Shown here: piece by piece, positions 1-10,139 of the stretch | Numbering within the stretch: the stretch's first letter is position 1 | Layout of the letters: each line of letters begins with the position of its first letter | NCBI GenBank assembly: GCA_965203175.1 | Contig: OZ241867.1 | Coordinates: 4,352,001 to 4,416,000 of the forward strand | Length of the DNA stretch: 64,000 nucleotides | Direction of reading: 5' to 3' | Source of the DNA: Candidatus Latescibacterota bacterium | GTDB taxonomy: Bacteria; Latescibacterota; UBA2968; UBA8231 | Notes under the pieces: model-generated | The model's database searches: none | What the model saw: the letters and a program-made list of their open reading frames with translations, nothing else | What the model was told of the DNA's origin: nothing | Position numbers and translations under genes: made by a program

Positions 1-1
1 C

Positions 2-1012
2 ATGATCCGCTTGCAGTCGCAGTTTGGGGCCTTTAAGCTAGTCAGCATCTCCGCCGAACTCCGCCCTTGTCCCAACCGGTCCGATTCACCCCTTTGCGTG
101 GGGACGGCTGATTCAGCGGCCACGTATGCAGTCAACGGCATGACTAACGTGCGCTTGTTGGAACGCCAAAAGTACTTGGCGGCCCACCGATTGGAGGTGG
201 CGCTGGCCCCTTGGCTCGACTTGGGTTTTCAGGAGGTGGTAGTGTACGGAGATCGGGGCCTAGAACCTAGCTACGTCAACCCGCTGATGTTCTATTGGGC
301 CGCCCAGAGCCACCTAGGCGACAAGGACAACCTCCTGATGGGCTTGGACTTGGACATCCATCCGGGGCGCGGGCGGCGCTATTATCTGGCGTACGTAGTC
401 GATGACCTGAAGAAGGCCCGCATTTTTTCCGACGATTTTGCCAACAAGTTTTCCCTGCAGGCAGGAATGCTATGGGTCGATCCACTGGGGCTGGCCGATT
501 CCGAACTGCGGGCCGAATACGTGCGCATCGAACCTTGGCTTTACTCGCATCGGTTTCCCATTAACACCTTTCGCCACTTCGACTCGCCGCTGGGACACGC
601 TCTTGCGCCCAACAGCGACCAATGGGAATTGAGCCTGACCAAGCGGGCGATTCGAGACCTAGAGTTTGCAGTATATGTCACGCGCAGTCGCCACGGCGAG
701 AACGAGTTAAGGGCAGACGGCACCATTCGCAATGTCGGTGGCGATATGCACTATGGTTGGCGGCCGGGGGACGAGCGCGAGACCAAGCAATTTCTCGACG
801 GGCATCGCATGCAACGGACCGAGTTGGGTGCTGGCTTGCACTGGCGGATCTTGCCCGATCTCCAGCTAGAGGCCGAATACGCACAGGAGTGGGGCCAAGG
901 CGTGCCGCTACCCCCGGCTTGGGGCCCGGCCGTGCCATTGGCGTGGCGCTCTGGCTACGGAGATGGCCGCCAGCAGCACCTGCGCATTGACCTGCGCTTT
1001 AACTACTTCTAA
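2..1012 (+). CDS. Capsule assembly Wzi-like outer-membrane beta-barrel protein (5' truncated)
   Basis: ORF open at window edge; 'YLAAHRLE..LDLGFQEVVVYG..SYVNPLMFY..DKDNLLMGLD' pattern typical of Wzi family; ends in aromatic beta-signal (LRFNYF). Confidence 0.65.
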   Translation: MIRLQSQFGAFKLVSISAELRPCPNRSDSPLCVGTADSAATYAVNGMTNVRLLERQKYLAAHRLEVALAPWLDLGFQEVVVYGDRGLEPSYVNPLMFYWAAQSHLGDKDNLLMGLDLDIHPGRGRRYYLAYVVDDLKKARIFSDDFANKFSLQAGMLWVDPLGLADSELRAEYVRIEPWLYSHRFPINTFRHFDSPLGHALAPNSDQWELSLTKRAIRDLEFAVYVTRSRHGENELRADGTIRNVGGDMHYGWRPGDERETKQFLDGHRMQRTELGAGLHWRILPDLQLEAEYAQEWGQGVPLPPAWGPAVPLAWRSGYGDGRQQHLRIDLRFNYF

Positions 1013-1022
1013 GGCCGCCTTT

Positions 1023-2132
1023 ATGGAGCTTATGGATCTGCAAAAGGCGGGCTTGCTCCTGAGTGGCGCGGTTTACGTGGGCAGCGTCCTCTGGCTGTGG
1101 CGCGGCTTGAGCGGGCGGCCTAGCCCGGCTTTAGTTAGTGATCAGCCCTCGGTCAGCGCCATCGTCGCCGCGCGCGACGAGGAGGAGACCTTGCCGGAGT
1201 GCTTGGACGCACTCGCTCGGCAGGACTATCAGGGGGCATTTGAAGTGATCGTCGTGGACGACCGCTCGCGCGACCGAACTTGGGATGTCATAGCCGCAAA
1301 GGCGGCAACTTGGTCGGCACTCAAGGGCGTGCCGGCTTCACCGGTCGGACAGTTTAAATGTCCGAAGAAAAGCGCGCTAGCCGAGGGGATTGCAGCGAGC
1401 ACTGGGGAGATCTTGCTTTTTACCGATGCCGATTGCCGCCCGCCCACGGATTGGGTACGCTCGATGGTGGCGCACTTTGCGCCGGAGGTTGGTTTAGTCG
1501 CCGGGTACGCGAGGCCCGATCCGGTCTCCGGCGTGCTGGCCAAGGTTTTGGCCGTGGACAATATCGGAGTTGGGGCGCTGGGGGCGGGCAGCTTTGGCAT
1601 GGGGCACCCGCTGTCGTGTACGGGCCGCAATTTAGGCTACCGCCGCCAGGTGTACGACAAGCTGGGAGGCTTCGCGCAAATCGGGCATCTGATCGGGGGC
1701 GACGATGTGTACTTCATGCGTTTGCTGAGCGCCCAGGGCAGGTGGGCTATGGCGTTTAACCGCCAGACTGTCGTCCTCTCGCAGCCGCCGCCGGCTAAGC
1801 TCGTGGACGCGATTCAACAGAAGCTCCGGCACGCGGCCAAAGGAGGCCATTACAAGGGCCGCGCATTCTATTTGGCCGTCGGCATCTATTTGTTCCACGG
1901 CTTTCTCGCTTGGGGGCTGGTGCAGATGCTCTGGACCCAAAGCTGGAATGGCTGGGTCGTGGGGATGTGGTTTATGCGTTGGGCTGTTGACTTTTTGCTG
2001 CTCAAGCGGATGGCCACGCCCGAGGAGCGCGCGCTTCTGCGCTATTTGCCACTAGCGGAAGTTTTATATATTCCCTATGTGCTAATTTTTACGATCGTTG
2101 GCCGTTGGGGATGGTTTCGCTGGAAAACCTAA
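1023..2132 (+). CDS. Glycosyltransferase family 2, membrane-bound
   Basis: IVAARDEE, VVDDRSRD, KKSAL, FTDADC (DxD), GGDD, QKLRH (QxxRW-like); N- and C-terminal TM helices; ATG at 1023. Confidence 0.85.
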   Translation: MELMDLQKAGLLLSGAVYVGSVLWLWRGLSGRPSPALVSDQPSVSAIVAARDEEETLPECLDALARQDYQGAFEVIVVDDRSRDRTWDVIAAKAATWSALKGVPASPVGQFKCPKKSALAEGIAASTGEILLFTDADCRPPTDWVRSMVAHFAPEVGLVAGYARPDPVSGVLAKVLAVDNIGVGALGAGSFGMGHPLSCTGRNLGYRRQVYDKLGGFAQIGHLIGGDDVYFMRLLSAQGRWAMAFNRQTVVLSQPPPAKLVDAIQQKLRHAAKGGHYKGRAFYLAVGIYLFHGFLAWGLVQMLWTQSWNGWVVGMWFMRWAVDFLLLKRMATPEERALLRYLPLAEVLYIPYVLIFTIVGRWGWFRWKT

Positions 2133-2145
2133 TAAAGGAGCTGAT

Positions 2146-3213
2146 TTGGCCTACCTAATCACGCCCAAAGCACTGCCGCGCTACGTTCGGCGCTACGCTC
2201 GCGCATTTTCCTGGAAGCGGTTGGGCAATTTTCTCGCCGTTTTGGCGTCCATGGGGCTATCGTGGACAACCCGCCGTCCCATCGTGTGGGGACGTCCTTT
2301 TATGCTCATGGTCGAGCCGACCAACTTCTGTAACCTCAAGTGCCCCTTGTGCCCTTCGGGCAATGGCGAGATGCTCCGTCCCCGAGGCACTATGGGCTTG
2401 GAGGACTTCAAAAAGCTGGTTGACGAGCTCGGCGATGAGGTCTTTATGATGATGTTGTGGAACCAAGGCGAGCCGTATATCAACAAGTGCTTCAATCAGA
2501 TGGTGCGCTACGCCAGCGACCGCGGCATCTTCACCTTCACTAGCACCAATGGTCACTTCGTTCGCAATCCGGAGCAGGCGCAGGCCATCGTCGAGTCCGG
2601 GCTAGACGAGATGATCGTCTCGCTGGACGGAGTCGATCAAGAAACGTACGAACAATACCGGGTCGGCGGTCAGATCGAGCGCGTCTTCTCCGGGGTCCGT
2701 CTGCTGGTAGCAGCCAAAGAGGCGCTGGGATCACAGACGCCGCTGATCAACTTGCAATTCATCGTTATGAAGCACAACGAGCGCGATCTGGCCACGGCCG
2801 AAGCACTGGCCAAGGACCTGCACGTTGACAAGTTTTTGGTCAAGACCGCTCAGGTTTACACAGAGGCGGACGCCGAGGAGTTCTTGCCCGAGGACGAACA
2901 GTATAGCCGCTACGAGCGCGCGGAGGACGAACTGGTGGTCAAGGGGCAGCCTACGCGGGGTTGCAAGGTGCTGTGGTACAGCTCGATGGTCAATTGGAAT
3001 GGAGCGGTCGCGCCCTGCTGTTTCGACAAGGACGTTGACTTTGGCATGGGGCAGGCCTTCAACGGCCGTTCTTTTGACGAGATCTGGCGCAGCCGGGCCT
3101 ATATGGACTTTCGCCGTCAGGTCCTCGCCGACCGCAATAGCTTCGACATGTGCCGCAACTGTTCCGAAGGCTATCGAGGCATGTTCTCGCTGATCAAGGA
3201 AATCAAGGGCTAA
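2146..3213 (+). CDS. Radical SAM/SPASM domain protein
   Basis: CNLKCPLC (CxxxCxxC); C-terminal GCK..W..PCC..CRNC SPASM/twitch cysteines; TTG start after AAGGAG. Confidence 0.85.
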   Translation: MAYLITPKALPRYVRRYARAFSWKRLGNFLAVLASMGLSWTTRRPIVWGRPFMLMVEPTNFCNLKCPLCPSGNGEMLRPRGTMGLEDFKKLVDELGDEVFMMMLWNQGEPYINKCFNQMVRYASDRGIFTFTSTNGHFVRNPEQAQAIVESGLDEMIVSLDGVDQETYEQYRVGGQIERVFSGVRLLVAAKEALGSQTPLINLQFIVMKHNERDLATAEALAKDLHVDKFLVKTAQVYTEADAEEFLPEDEQYSRYERAEDELVVKGQPTRGCKVLWYSSMVNWNGAVAPCCFDKDVDFGMGQAFNGRSFDEIWRSRAYMDFRRQVLADRNSFDMCRNCSEGYRGMFSLIKEIKG

Positions 3214-4409
3214 TGCCCGCGCTGTTCGCGCCCGAATACCTCTTGGCGTTCTGTGCGCTAGCCTATCTGCTCGGGGCTTATTGGTTCGTCTCCGGAATGC
3301 GCCGCCGTCCCGGCAATACTAATGCCGAGCGCGTCCAGTTGGTCTCGGTTGTCGTCGCCGCCCGCAACGAAGCCGCGCACATCGCCTCCTGCCTGCGCGC
3401 CTTGCTGGCGCAGGACTATCCCCAAGATCGCTACGAAATCATCATTGTTGACGACGGCTCCACCGATGGCACTGGCCATATCGTGCGCGAGTTCAGCGGG
3501 GAGACTGCGTCCGTGCGATTGCTGCGCACCGAAGGGTCGGGTTCCAAGAAGGCCGCGCTGAGCTTAGGGATCGCCGAAGCGCGGGGGGAGGTGATTCTCA
3601 CCACGGACGCCGATTGTCAGGTTGCTCCGGGATGGATCCGCGGCATGTTGTCGCACTTTGCCGACGGGGTAGGCATGGTCATCGGCTTTTCGCAAATCGG
3701 TTCGCCGTCCGAGATCAAGGGGGGGCGTCAGGGATACGAGGCTGTTGACTTCACCTGCTTGATGGCTTGCATATGGGGCAGCGCCGGTTGGGGCCATCCC
3801 ATGGCGGCTTCCGGGCAGAATTTGGCCTTTTTGCGAGAGGCGTTTTTCGACGTTGGCGGTTATGAAAAGATCATGCACCGGGCTTCTGGAGACGATGTAC
3901 TGCTCATGCAGGCCATGCGCCGCTCGGGCCGGTGGTCTATTGTCTTTGCCGATCAGCCAGCGACCTTTGTGCGGCATCCAGTGGCAGGGTCTTGGGGTGG
4001 GTTATTCGGCCAGCGCAGCCGCTGGGCCTCCAATGCTCCGGTCCTCGCCCGTCTAGATCCGCTCTTTTTCGGCTATATGCTGCTCTCATACGCTTTGAGC
4101 TGGGCGACGCTCATGGCCCCTTTGCTGTGCTTGGCCGGCTTGCTGGATCCCCTGTGGGCTTTAGGAGCGGTGGGGGCAAAAGTGTGGGGCGAGTGGAATG
4201 TATTTAATGGAGGAATATCGCTATCGGGTCGGCGCGAATTGCGCCGCTATTTTCTTCTTTGGGCCTTGTTGCAACCCCTGCACGTAGTTTTAGTCGGCAG
4301 CGTTGGCTGCTTGGGGATTTTCCGCTGGAAGGGCCGCGTCCACTTATGGGGTCGGCGCGTGCGCAGGGCTGGTACCAACGTCGAGCTATCCCAACCGTCC
4401 CGACGCTGA
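3213..4409 (+). CDS. Glycosyltransferase family 2, membrane-bound
   Basis: VVAARNE, VDDGSTD, TTDADC, SGDD, QRSRW; start overlaps upstream stop (TAATG). Confidence 0.88.
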   Translation: MPALFAPEYLLAFCALAYLLGAYWFVSGMRRRPGNTNAERVQLVSVVVAARNEAAHIASCLRALLAQDYPQDRYEIIIVDDGSTDGTGHIVREFSGETASVRLLRTEGSGSKKAALSLGIAEARGEVILTTDADCQVAPGWIRGMLSHFADGVGMVIGFSQIGSPSEIKGGRQGYEAVDFTCLMACIWGSAGWGHPMAASGQNLAFLREAFFDVGGYEKIMHRASGDDVLLMQAMRRSGRWSIVFADQPATFVRHPVAGSWGGLFGQRSRWASNAPVLARLDPLFFGYMLLSYALSWATLMAPLLCLAGLLDPLWALGAVGAKVWGEWNVFNGGISLSGRRELRRYFLLWALLQPLHVVLVGSVGCLGIFRWKGRVHLWGRRVRRAGTNVELSQPSRR

Positions 4410-4423
4410 AGAAGGAAGTCGAA

Positions 4424-5074
4424 GTGGGAAAGCGAGAAGTTGAGCGGGCACAGGTCGTCTGTAAAGAACTAAAAAAAACCATTCCCGCAGCGAGGGTGGA
4501 GCTCAACTACAGCAATCCTTTGGAACTGATGGTGGCCACTGTGCTCGCGGCGCAGAGCACGGATGTCAAGGTCAACGAAGTCACCGCAGGGCTATTCAAA
4601 AAATACCAGTGTGCAGCCGACTACGTGGCGGTGGCAGCCGAGGAGTTAGAGGAAGATATCCGCTCAACTGGTTTCTATCGGCAAAAGGCCAAAAACATCC
4701 GCGCGGCTATGGCGATGCTCATTGACGAGCACGATGGTCAAGTCCCCGGGCACATGGACGCCTTGATTTGCTTGCCTGGCATTGGTCGCAAGAGTGCCAA
4801 TGTCATCCTCGGCAATGTATATGGGGTGCCCGGCATCGTGGTAGATACGCACGTAGGTCGGGTGAGTCGGCGCTTGGGACTGACCACAGAAAAGGATCCA
4901 GTCAAGGTCGAAATGGCCTTGGCCCAACTACTGCCGGACGAGGAGTGGACGGCTTTTGGACAGCGCGTGGTTTTGCATGGTCGCTACGTGTGTAAGGCGC
5001 GCAAGCCTCTGTGCGACGAGTGCACGCTCATGCCGCATTGCGATTATTTTGCCAGCCAGATCGAGAGGACTTAG
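4424..5074 (+). CDS. nth: Endonuclease III
   Basis: LAAQSTD, HhH LPGIGRKSAN, VDTHV, 4Fe-4S motif CKARKPLCDECTLMPHC. Confidence 0.95.
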   Translation: MGKREVERAQVVCKELKKTIPAARVELNYSNPLELMVATVLAAQSTDVKVNEVTAGLFKKYQCAADYVAVAAEELEEDIRSTGFYRQKAKNIRAAMAMLIDEHDGQVPGHMDALICLPGIGRKSANVILGNVYGVPGIVVDTHVGRVSRRLGLTTEKDPVKVEMALAQLLPDEEWTAFGQRVVLHGRYVCKARKPLCDECTLMPHCDYFASQIERT

Positions 5075-6351
5075 CGGCGCGGTTGCGGCAGGCGTTTGAG
5101 GACGGCGGTTACTTCTGCAGGCGTCTGCGAGGCGAGCATGTCGCGATGGGTAGTATCGGTATGCATCAAGGTCGCGATCTGGGCGAGGATTGGGATGTAA
5201 CTGCGGTAGTTTTGTTCCGGGGTCAGCAGCAGGAAGATGAAGTGCACCGGCTCCGGGGTGGGACCTTCAAAGTCGATGCCTTGCCGGCAAATTCCCAAGC
5301 AGCCGATGATCCCATCCAGATCGGGGATGGGTGCATGAGGGATGGCCGTGCTATGCCCTAGCGAGGTCGAGCCTTTGCGCTCGCGGTCGAGCGCGGCCTC
5401 AAGTACGGTCTGGCGTTCGCTGGCGGGGATCTGTTTTTCTTCTATTAACGCATCGACCATCTGGGCGATGGCATCCCACTTGTCCTTGGGGGTGAGGTCC
5501 AAGCGGATGGTGTGTTCCCAGAAAATGCGACTTAGCTGCAGGTCGTTGGCCGCGGCCGAGCGGACCATTAGCACCGAACAGGGTACCTGATAGGCGATCT
5601 CGTCCGGGATGGAGCCAGCAAGATGTTCCTCTTGGCGCCAGTCGTTTGAGGCACCGAGTACGATCAAATCGTGGTTTTGCGCCCTTTCGACGATGGCCGG
5701 GACCACATCGACGGCCGGGATTACAGTCAATGGTACGTCGATGTTCAGCAATTCTAGCTGCAAGTGCGTGTCTGCAGCTAGCTGTGCACAGTAGCGCTGG
5801 AGAAGCGGGTCGGAGGGGGCTCGAGTGTCGCGGACGATGCGGAGAATTTCCAGATCAGCACCCCAGGCTTGGGCCAGATCGTAGGCGATCTGCACGCCTA
5901 CCAGCGCGTGATTGCCGCCGCCGAAAGGCACGAGAATCCGGCGCACCGGTCCGCTCTTCTTTTCCTTAAAAATTAAGGTGTCGACGTCGATGGCCTTGGT
6001 CAGAGCGCGGTTAGGCGCAGATAGGATTGCGTCGCGCTCGACGTTGGCTTTCCAGGCCATGAGCATCATGTTGCAGCTCCAACGGCGGACAGCCCGCTGA
6101 ATTCCGCTTGTCACATCCTCGTCTTTTTCCAAATGCGCGATAGTGCCGATGTCGTGGGCCATGGCCCGGTCGGCCAAAACTTGGAGCGCTTGTTCTATAT
6201 CGGGCAATGGTTCAGCGTCGGGCGTCAGGATGTGGGTCAGGTGCAACTCGCCCCAAGGCGAAGGGGCAAGGGTCGCAGCCAAGTCGACGAGGTTGTGCTC
6301 TTGGTGCGGATTTTCGAGAGGGACTAGAAGGCGGAGTTGAGCAGGCGACAT
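5071..6351 (-). CDS. Tandem universal stress protein domains fused to PTS EIIA (PtsN-like) domain
   Basis: Two USP-like repeats (LLVP.., RILVPFGGGNHA..DLIVLGAS..GSIPDEIA..CSVLMVR) then RE..GSTSLG..AIPHA EIIA motif. Confidence 0.8.
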   Translation of the reverse strand: MSPAQLRLLVPLENPHQEHNLVDLAATLAPSPWGELHLTHILTPDAEPLPDIEQALQVLADRAMAHDIGTIAHLEKDEDVTSGIQRAVRRWSCNMMLMAWKANVERDAILSAPNRALTKAIDVDTLIFKEKKSGPVRRILVPFGGGNHALVGVQIAYDLAQAWGADLEILRIVRDTRAPSDPLLQRYCAQLAADTHLQLELLNIDVPLTVIPAVDVVPAIVERAQNHDLIVLGASNDWRQEEHLAGSIPDEIAYQVPCSVLMVRSAAANDLQLSRIFWEHTIRLDLTPKDKWDAIAQMVDALIEEKQIPASERQTVLEAALDRERKGSTSLGHSTAIPHAPIPDLDGIIGCLGICRQGIDFEGPTPEPVHFIFLLLTPEQNYRSYIPILAQIATLMHTDTTHRDMLASQTPAEVTAVLKRLPQPRR

Positions 6352-6516
6352 CTTCGTTGTTGATCATCAAGCCAAGGACCAGCCTAGGCAATAATAAGCA
6401 CTATCTATTAAATATAAAACAGGCCGTCATCTTTTCCAGTCTTCTTTCTCGCATAGTGGGGTTGCCAGTATTGGTGCGGTGCGGTTTGTTGTTGGCAATT
6501 CAACCGGGAGGTTTGC

Positions 6517-7494
6517 GTGCGGATATTGATTACTGGCGTTACCGGTCGCATAGGTGCCAACTTAGCCAAACAACTCGTCGAGCGTGGCCACCAACTCCGA
6601 GGGTTGGTCTGGCCCCGAGATCCGCGAGTGGAGAATCTCAAGAAGATGCAGGTCGAACTCGTCGAGGGGAGTTTGACTGATCCGGCTGTAGTCGAACAGG
6701 CGGTCGCGGGGATTGAAGCCGTCTATCACTTGGGGGCGGCCTTTCAGGGCGGGGGCCCTTTTACCGACGAGGAGTTCTTTGAAATCAACGTGCGTGGCAC
6801 TTTCAACATGCTGGAAGCCGTGCGCCGAGTGAAGGGAATGGGCCAATTTCTGTTCGCAAGTTCGGATGCGCTGTACGACAAGTACGTCCCCGGTGGTATG
6901 AGCGCGCCCATTGACGAACGGACGCCGCGCGTGCCCAAGGGAGCGTATGCCTTGACGAAGGCGTTGGGCGAGGAATTGTGCAACGGCTATTGGCAGGGGT
7001 ACCAAGTGCCGACGACGATCTTGCGTTTCGCCATGGTACAGGCGGCCGATGAAATTTTGGAGTTCCCGCAGTTCTACCTGAGCAAGATGAAGGAGGTGCA
7101 TCCGGAATTGACTGCGCTGTGGCAGGGCGAAGAGTGCGCAGTGTTGCTAAAAGACCAGCGCGATCGTCCCTTTAAAAAGCATATTGCCGATGTGCGCGAC
7201 ATCGTGCATGGTTGCCTTTGTGCCTTGGGTAAAGAGAGGGCGTTAGGCGAGACATTCCAGCTAGCTGGGCCGCGCCCTTTTACCTGGGACGAGGTCAGCT
7301 ACCGGCTCGCCGCATTGCGCGACATGCCCCACGTCGAAGCTGCGGTGAGAGCCATTCCCACCTTTTACGAATTCAACCTGCGCAAGGCCGAGGAATACTT
7401 GGGATTCAGTCCTAGTTACGACATCGTGCGGATGATGGTCGATGCGCTTAACTATCAGCGCGGCGAAGACACCGGGGTGTTGCCGCACGGCTGA
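6517..7494 (+). CDS. NAD-dependent epimerase/dehydratase (extended SDR)
   Basis: ITGVTGRIG Rossmann motif; YALTK catalytic YxxxK. Confidence 0.85.
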   Translation: MRILITGVTGRIGANLAKQLVERGHQLRGLVWPRDPRVENLKKMQVELVEGSLTDPAVVEQAVAGIEAVYHLGAAFQGGGPFTDEEFFEINVRGTFNMLEAVRRVKGMGQFLFASSDALYDKYVPGGMSAPIDERTPRVPKGAYALTKALGEELCNGYWQGYQVPTTILRFAMVQAADEILEFPQFYLSKMKEVHPELTALWQGEECAVLLKDQRDRPFKKHIADVRDIVHGCLCALGKERALGETFQLAGPRPFTWDEVSYRLAALRDMPHVEAAVRAIPTFYEFNLRKAEEYLGFSPSYDIVRMMVDALNYQRGEDTGVLPHG

Positions 7495-7497
7495 GGC

Positions 7498-7866
7498 TCA
7501 GGTCTTGTGCGGCACTAATTCTGCGGCGATAGCAGCGAGGACATCCTCGGTGCGAAAGGGCTTGTAAAAAATGGGGCACCCCTTGAGGGATTGCAGCACC
7601 TCTTGGAGGTCGTCGGATGAGCGCCTTTGGCGAGGCAGGAAGGCGATAAGCTTGGTGTTGTCGAGCAAACGATTCGCCGCGACAAAAGGAGCGGGGTCGT
7701 CGACTTCGACGCCGAGGAGGACTAAGTCCGGAGCGTTGAGTCGGTGATGGTCAAGTCCGTCGGCCAGTTCGTTGGCGACTTCGACCTGATAGCCGGCCCG
7801 TTCAAGCAGTCCGGCGAGGGTGGTACCAAATATGGGATTGCGGTCGATGATAAGGATTTTGTACAA
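7498..7866 (-). CDS. Single-domain receiver (atypical/pseudo-receiver)
   Basis: KILIID..PDLVLLG..YKPF; phospho-Asp position is Gly. Confidence 0.7.
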   Translation of the reverse strand: MYKILIIDRNPIFGTTLAGLLERAGYQVEVANELADGLDHHRLNAPDLVLLGVEVDDPAPFVAANRLLDNTKLIAFLPRQRRSSDDLQEVLQSLKGCPIFYKPFRTEDVLAAIAAELVPHKT

Positions 7867-7959
7867 TGCAATGGCTCTGGACGAGTTTAAGGCTAGACAA
7901 AGGCTTACGGCCTCAAAAAATTAAGGGGTGTGCTATACCTGCGCAAGCCAGGGAACTGC

Positions 7960-7988
7960 TTGACAACTCCAGAGACTCCGGCTATACT
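7960..7988 (+). promoter_or_regulatory. sigma70-type promoter of the M20/TIM/aminotransferase operon
   Basis: TTGACA-N17-TATACT upstream of GGAGA RBS and ATG 8014. Confidence 0.75.
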
Positions 7989-8013
7989 GGCCGACCTAAA
8001 AAGACGGAGATTT

Positions 8014-9369
8014 ATGCGAAGCAAAGAGGAATTAAAGGCTGCTGTCTGCGCGGCCATTGATCAGCAGAGCGAGCAGATTATCGGGCTGGGAGAAGCCATC
8101 ATGGACCAGCCCGAATTGGGCTTTAAGGAAGAGCAGACGGCTCACCGCGTCTGCGAAAGTTTTGCCGATCTCGGATTGAGGTACGAGCGAGAACTAGCGT
8201 TGACCGGTGTGAAGGCCCGGCTCAAAGGGCAGCAATCAGGGCCGACTGTGGCGCTAATGGGTGAGCTCGACGCGCTCATTGTGCCCGATCATCCGCGCGC
8301 CGATCCGGCAACTGGGGCGGCACACGCCTGTGGCCACAACGCCCAGATCGCCGGAATGGTAGGGGCCGCTTACGGGCTTGTAGCGGCCGGCGTCAGCGAG
8401 GAACTAGCTGGGGAAATCGCGTTTTTCGCCGTGCCCGCAGAAGAATACGTCGAAATAGGCTATCGCTTAGGACTGGTCGAAGAAGGCAAGATCGCGTTTC
8501 TCGGGGGCAAGCCCGAACTGGTCGAATTGGGTCACTTCGACGACGTGGATATGGCCGTGATGATTCACACCAAGAGTTCGGCCCAAAACGAGGGGGCGGT
8601 GGGGATCGCTTGTTCGTCCAATGGCTTCTTGGCCAAGAACGTGCGTTTTATTGGCCGGGCTGCCCACGCCGGGGGCGCGCCGGAGAAAGGCGTCAACGCG
8701 CTCAGCGCAGCGACTCTGGCCCTCAGCGCGATTGACGCCCAGCGCGAGACCTTCCGCGACCAAGACTGCGTGCGGGTGCATCCGATCATCACAAAGGGAG
8801 GCGATCTAGTCAATATCATCCCGGCAGAGGTACGGCTGGAAACCTACGTCCGCGCCCGCACCACCGAGGCGATGCTCGATGCGTCTCACAAGGTCGATCG
8901 GGCGTTGCGGGGAGCGGCGGTTGCCCTTGGCTGTTCGGTTGAGATCGAAACCGTGCCCGGCTATCTGCCGCTGTGCAATGATCCCGACTTAGGGGAGCTT
9001 TTCAAGGACAATGCCGCGCGGATCTTCGGCCCCGATCAGTACCGGGATTACCCCCACGGCGGCGGCTCCACCGACGCTGGCGACCTCAGTCAGATCATGC
9101 CCGTACTACACCCGGCCATGACCGGAGCCAGCGGCGTGGTCCATGGACCCGATTGGGGGATTGCCGACCCCGCCGCTGGGTACCTAGCCCCGGCCAAGGT
9201 CTTGGCCATGATGGCCATTGACCTGCTGTACGGCGATGCGTCCTCAGCCCGGGACATCCTACAAAATCACGCGCCTAACATGAGTAAGGACGAATATCTC
9301 CAGCAGCAAAAGGCACTCTTTCGCCGGGAACTCTTTGCCGGTGATCAAACAGGGGAGAATGCAACGTGA
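8014..9369 (+). CDS. M20 family amidohydrolase (AbgB/ACY1L2-like)
   Basis: PELGFKE, GELDAL, HACGHN, PAEE, GSTD motifs. Confidence 0.85.
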   Translation: MRSKEELKAAVCAAIDQQSEQIIGLGEAIMDQPELGFKEEQTAHRVCESFADLGLRYERELALTGVKARLKGQQSGPTVALMGELDALIVPDHPRADPATGAAHACGHNAQIAGMVGAAYGLVAAGVSEELAGEIAFFAVPAEEYVEIGYRLGLVEEGKIAFLGGKPELVELGHFDDVDMAVMIHTKSSAQNEGAVGIACSSNGFLAKNVRFIGRAAHAGGAPEKGVNALSAATLALSAIDAQRETFRDQDCVRVHPIITKGGDLVNIIPAEVRLETYVRARTTEAMLDASHKVDRALRGAAVALGCSVEIETVPGYLPLCNDPDLGELFKDNAARIFGPDQYRDYPHGGGSTDAGDLSQIMPVLHPAMTGASGVVHGPDWGIADPAAGYLAPAKVLAMMAIDLLYGDASSARDILQNHAPNMSKDEYLQQQKALFRRELFAGDQTGENAT

Positions 9370-10130
9370 AGCTCGGTATGGTTACCTATAATTTGGGTCG
9401 CAATTGGGATTTAGAGACGTTGATTGCCCATTGCGAAGAGACTGGTTTTACCGGAGTGGAACTGAGGACGACGCATGCCCACGGGGTCGAAGTGGCGCTC
9501 AGTGCAGCCGAGCGGACCGAGGTCAAGAAGCGCTTTGCCGATTCGGCAGTCGAGCTAGTGGGATTGGGCAGTGCCTTTGAATACGACGCCGTTGATCCGC
9601 AGATCCTGCAAAGTCACATCGACGGGACCAAAGAATACGTGCGCTTGGCCCACGATCTCGGAGTCGGCGGAGTCAAGGTGCGCCCCAACAACGTCCACGT
9701 AGATGAGGGGATCCCCATCGAACAGACCTTGGAGCAGATCGGCGTCAGTTTGCGCGAGTGTGGAGAATTTGCCCGCGATCTGGGGGTGCAGATCCGCTTG
9801 GAGGTCCACGGTCGCACGACCTCGGATCCTGCCAACGTCCGCAAGATCCTCGATTACGCCGACCACGACAATGTCTTCGTATGCTGGAATTCCAATGCGA
9901 CGGACCTAGTCGACGGCTCCATCGACGGCAGTTTCTCCTCCTTGCAGGACGCCATTGCCTTGGTCCACATTACCGAGTTGTGGAGCGACTATCCGTGGGA
10001 GCGGCTCTTTACCCTGCTGCGGCAGAGTGGCTATACCGGTTATTGCCTCGCCGAAATCCCCGAAAGTCCAGATTCCCTGCGCCTGATGCGCTATTACCGA
10101 GCCTTGTGGCAGGCCCTCGCCAAAGGCTAG
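9366..10130 (+). CDS. Sugar phosphate isomerase/epimerase (xylose-isomerase-like TIM barrel)
   Basis: GFTGVELRTTHAHGVE, RLEVHG, VHI, GYTG..LAE; GTGA overlap with upstream gene. Confidence 0.75.
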   Translation: MKLGMVTYNLGRNWDLETLIAHCEETGFTGVELRTTHAHGVEVALSAAERTEVKKRFADSAVELVGLGSAFEYDAVDPQILQSHIDGTKEYVRLAHDLGVGGVKVRPNNVHVDEGIPIEQTLEQIGVSLRECGEFARDLGVQIRLEVHGRTTSDPANVRKILDYADHDNVFVCWNSNATDLVDGSIDGSFSSLQDAIALVHITELWSDYPWERLFTLLRQSGYTGYCLAEIPESPDSLRLMRYYRALWQALAKG

Positions 10131-10139
10131 CAATGGGTG

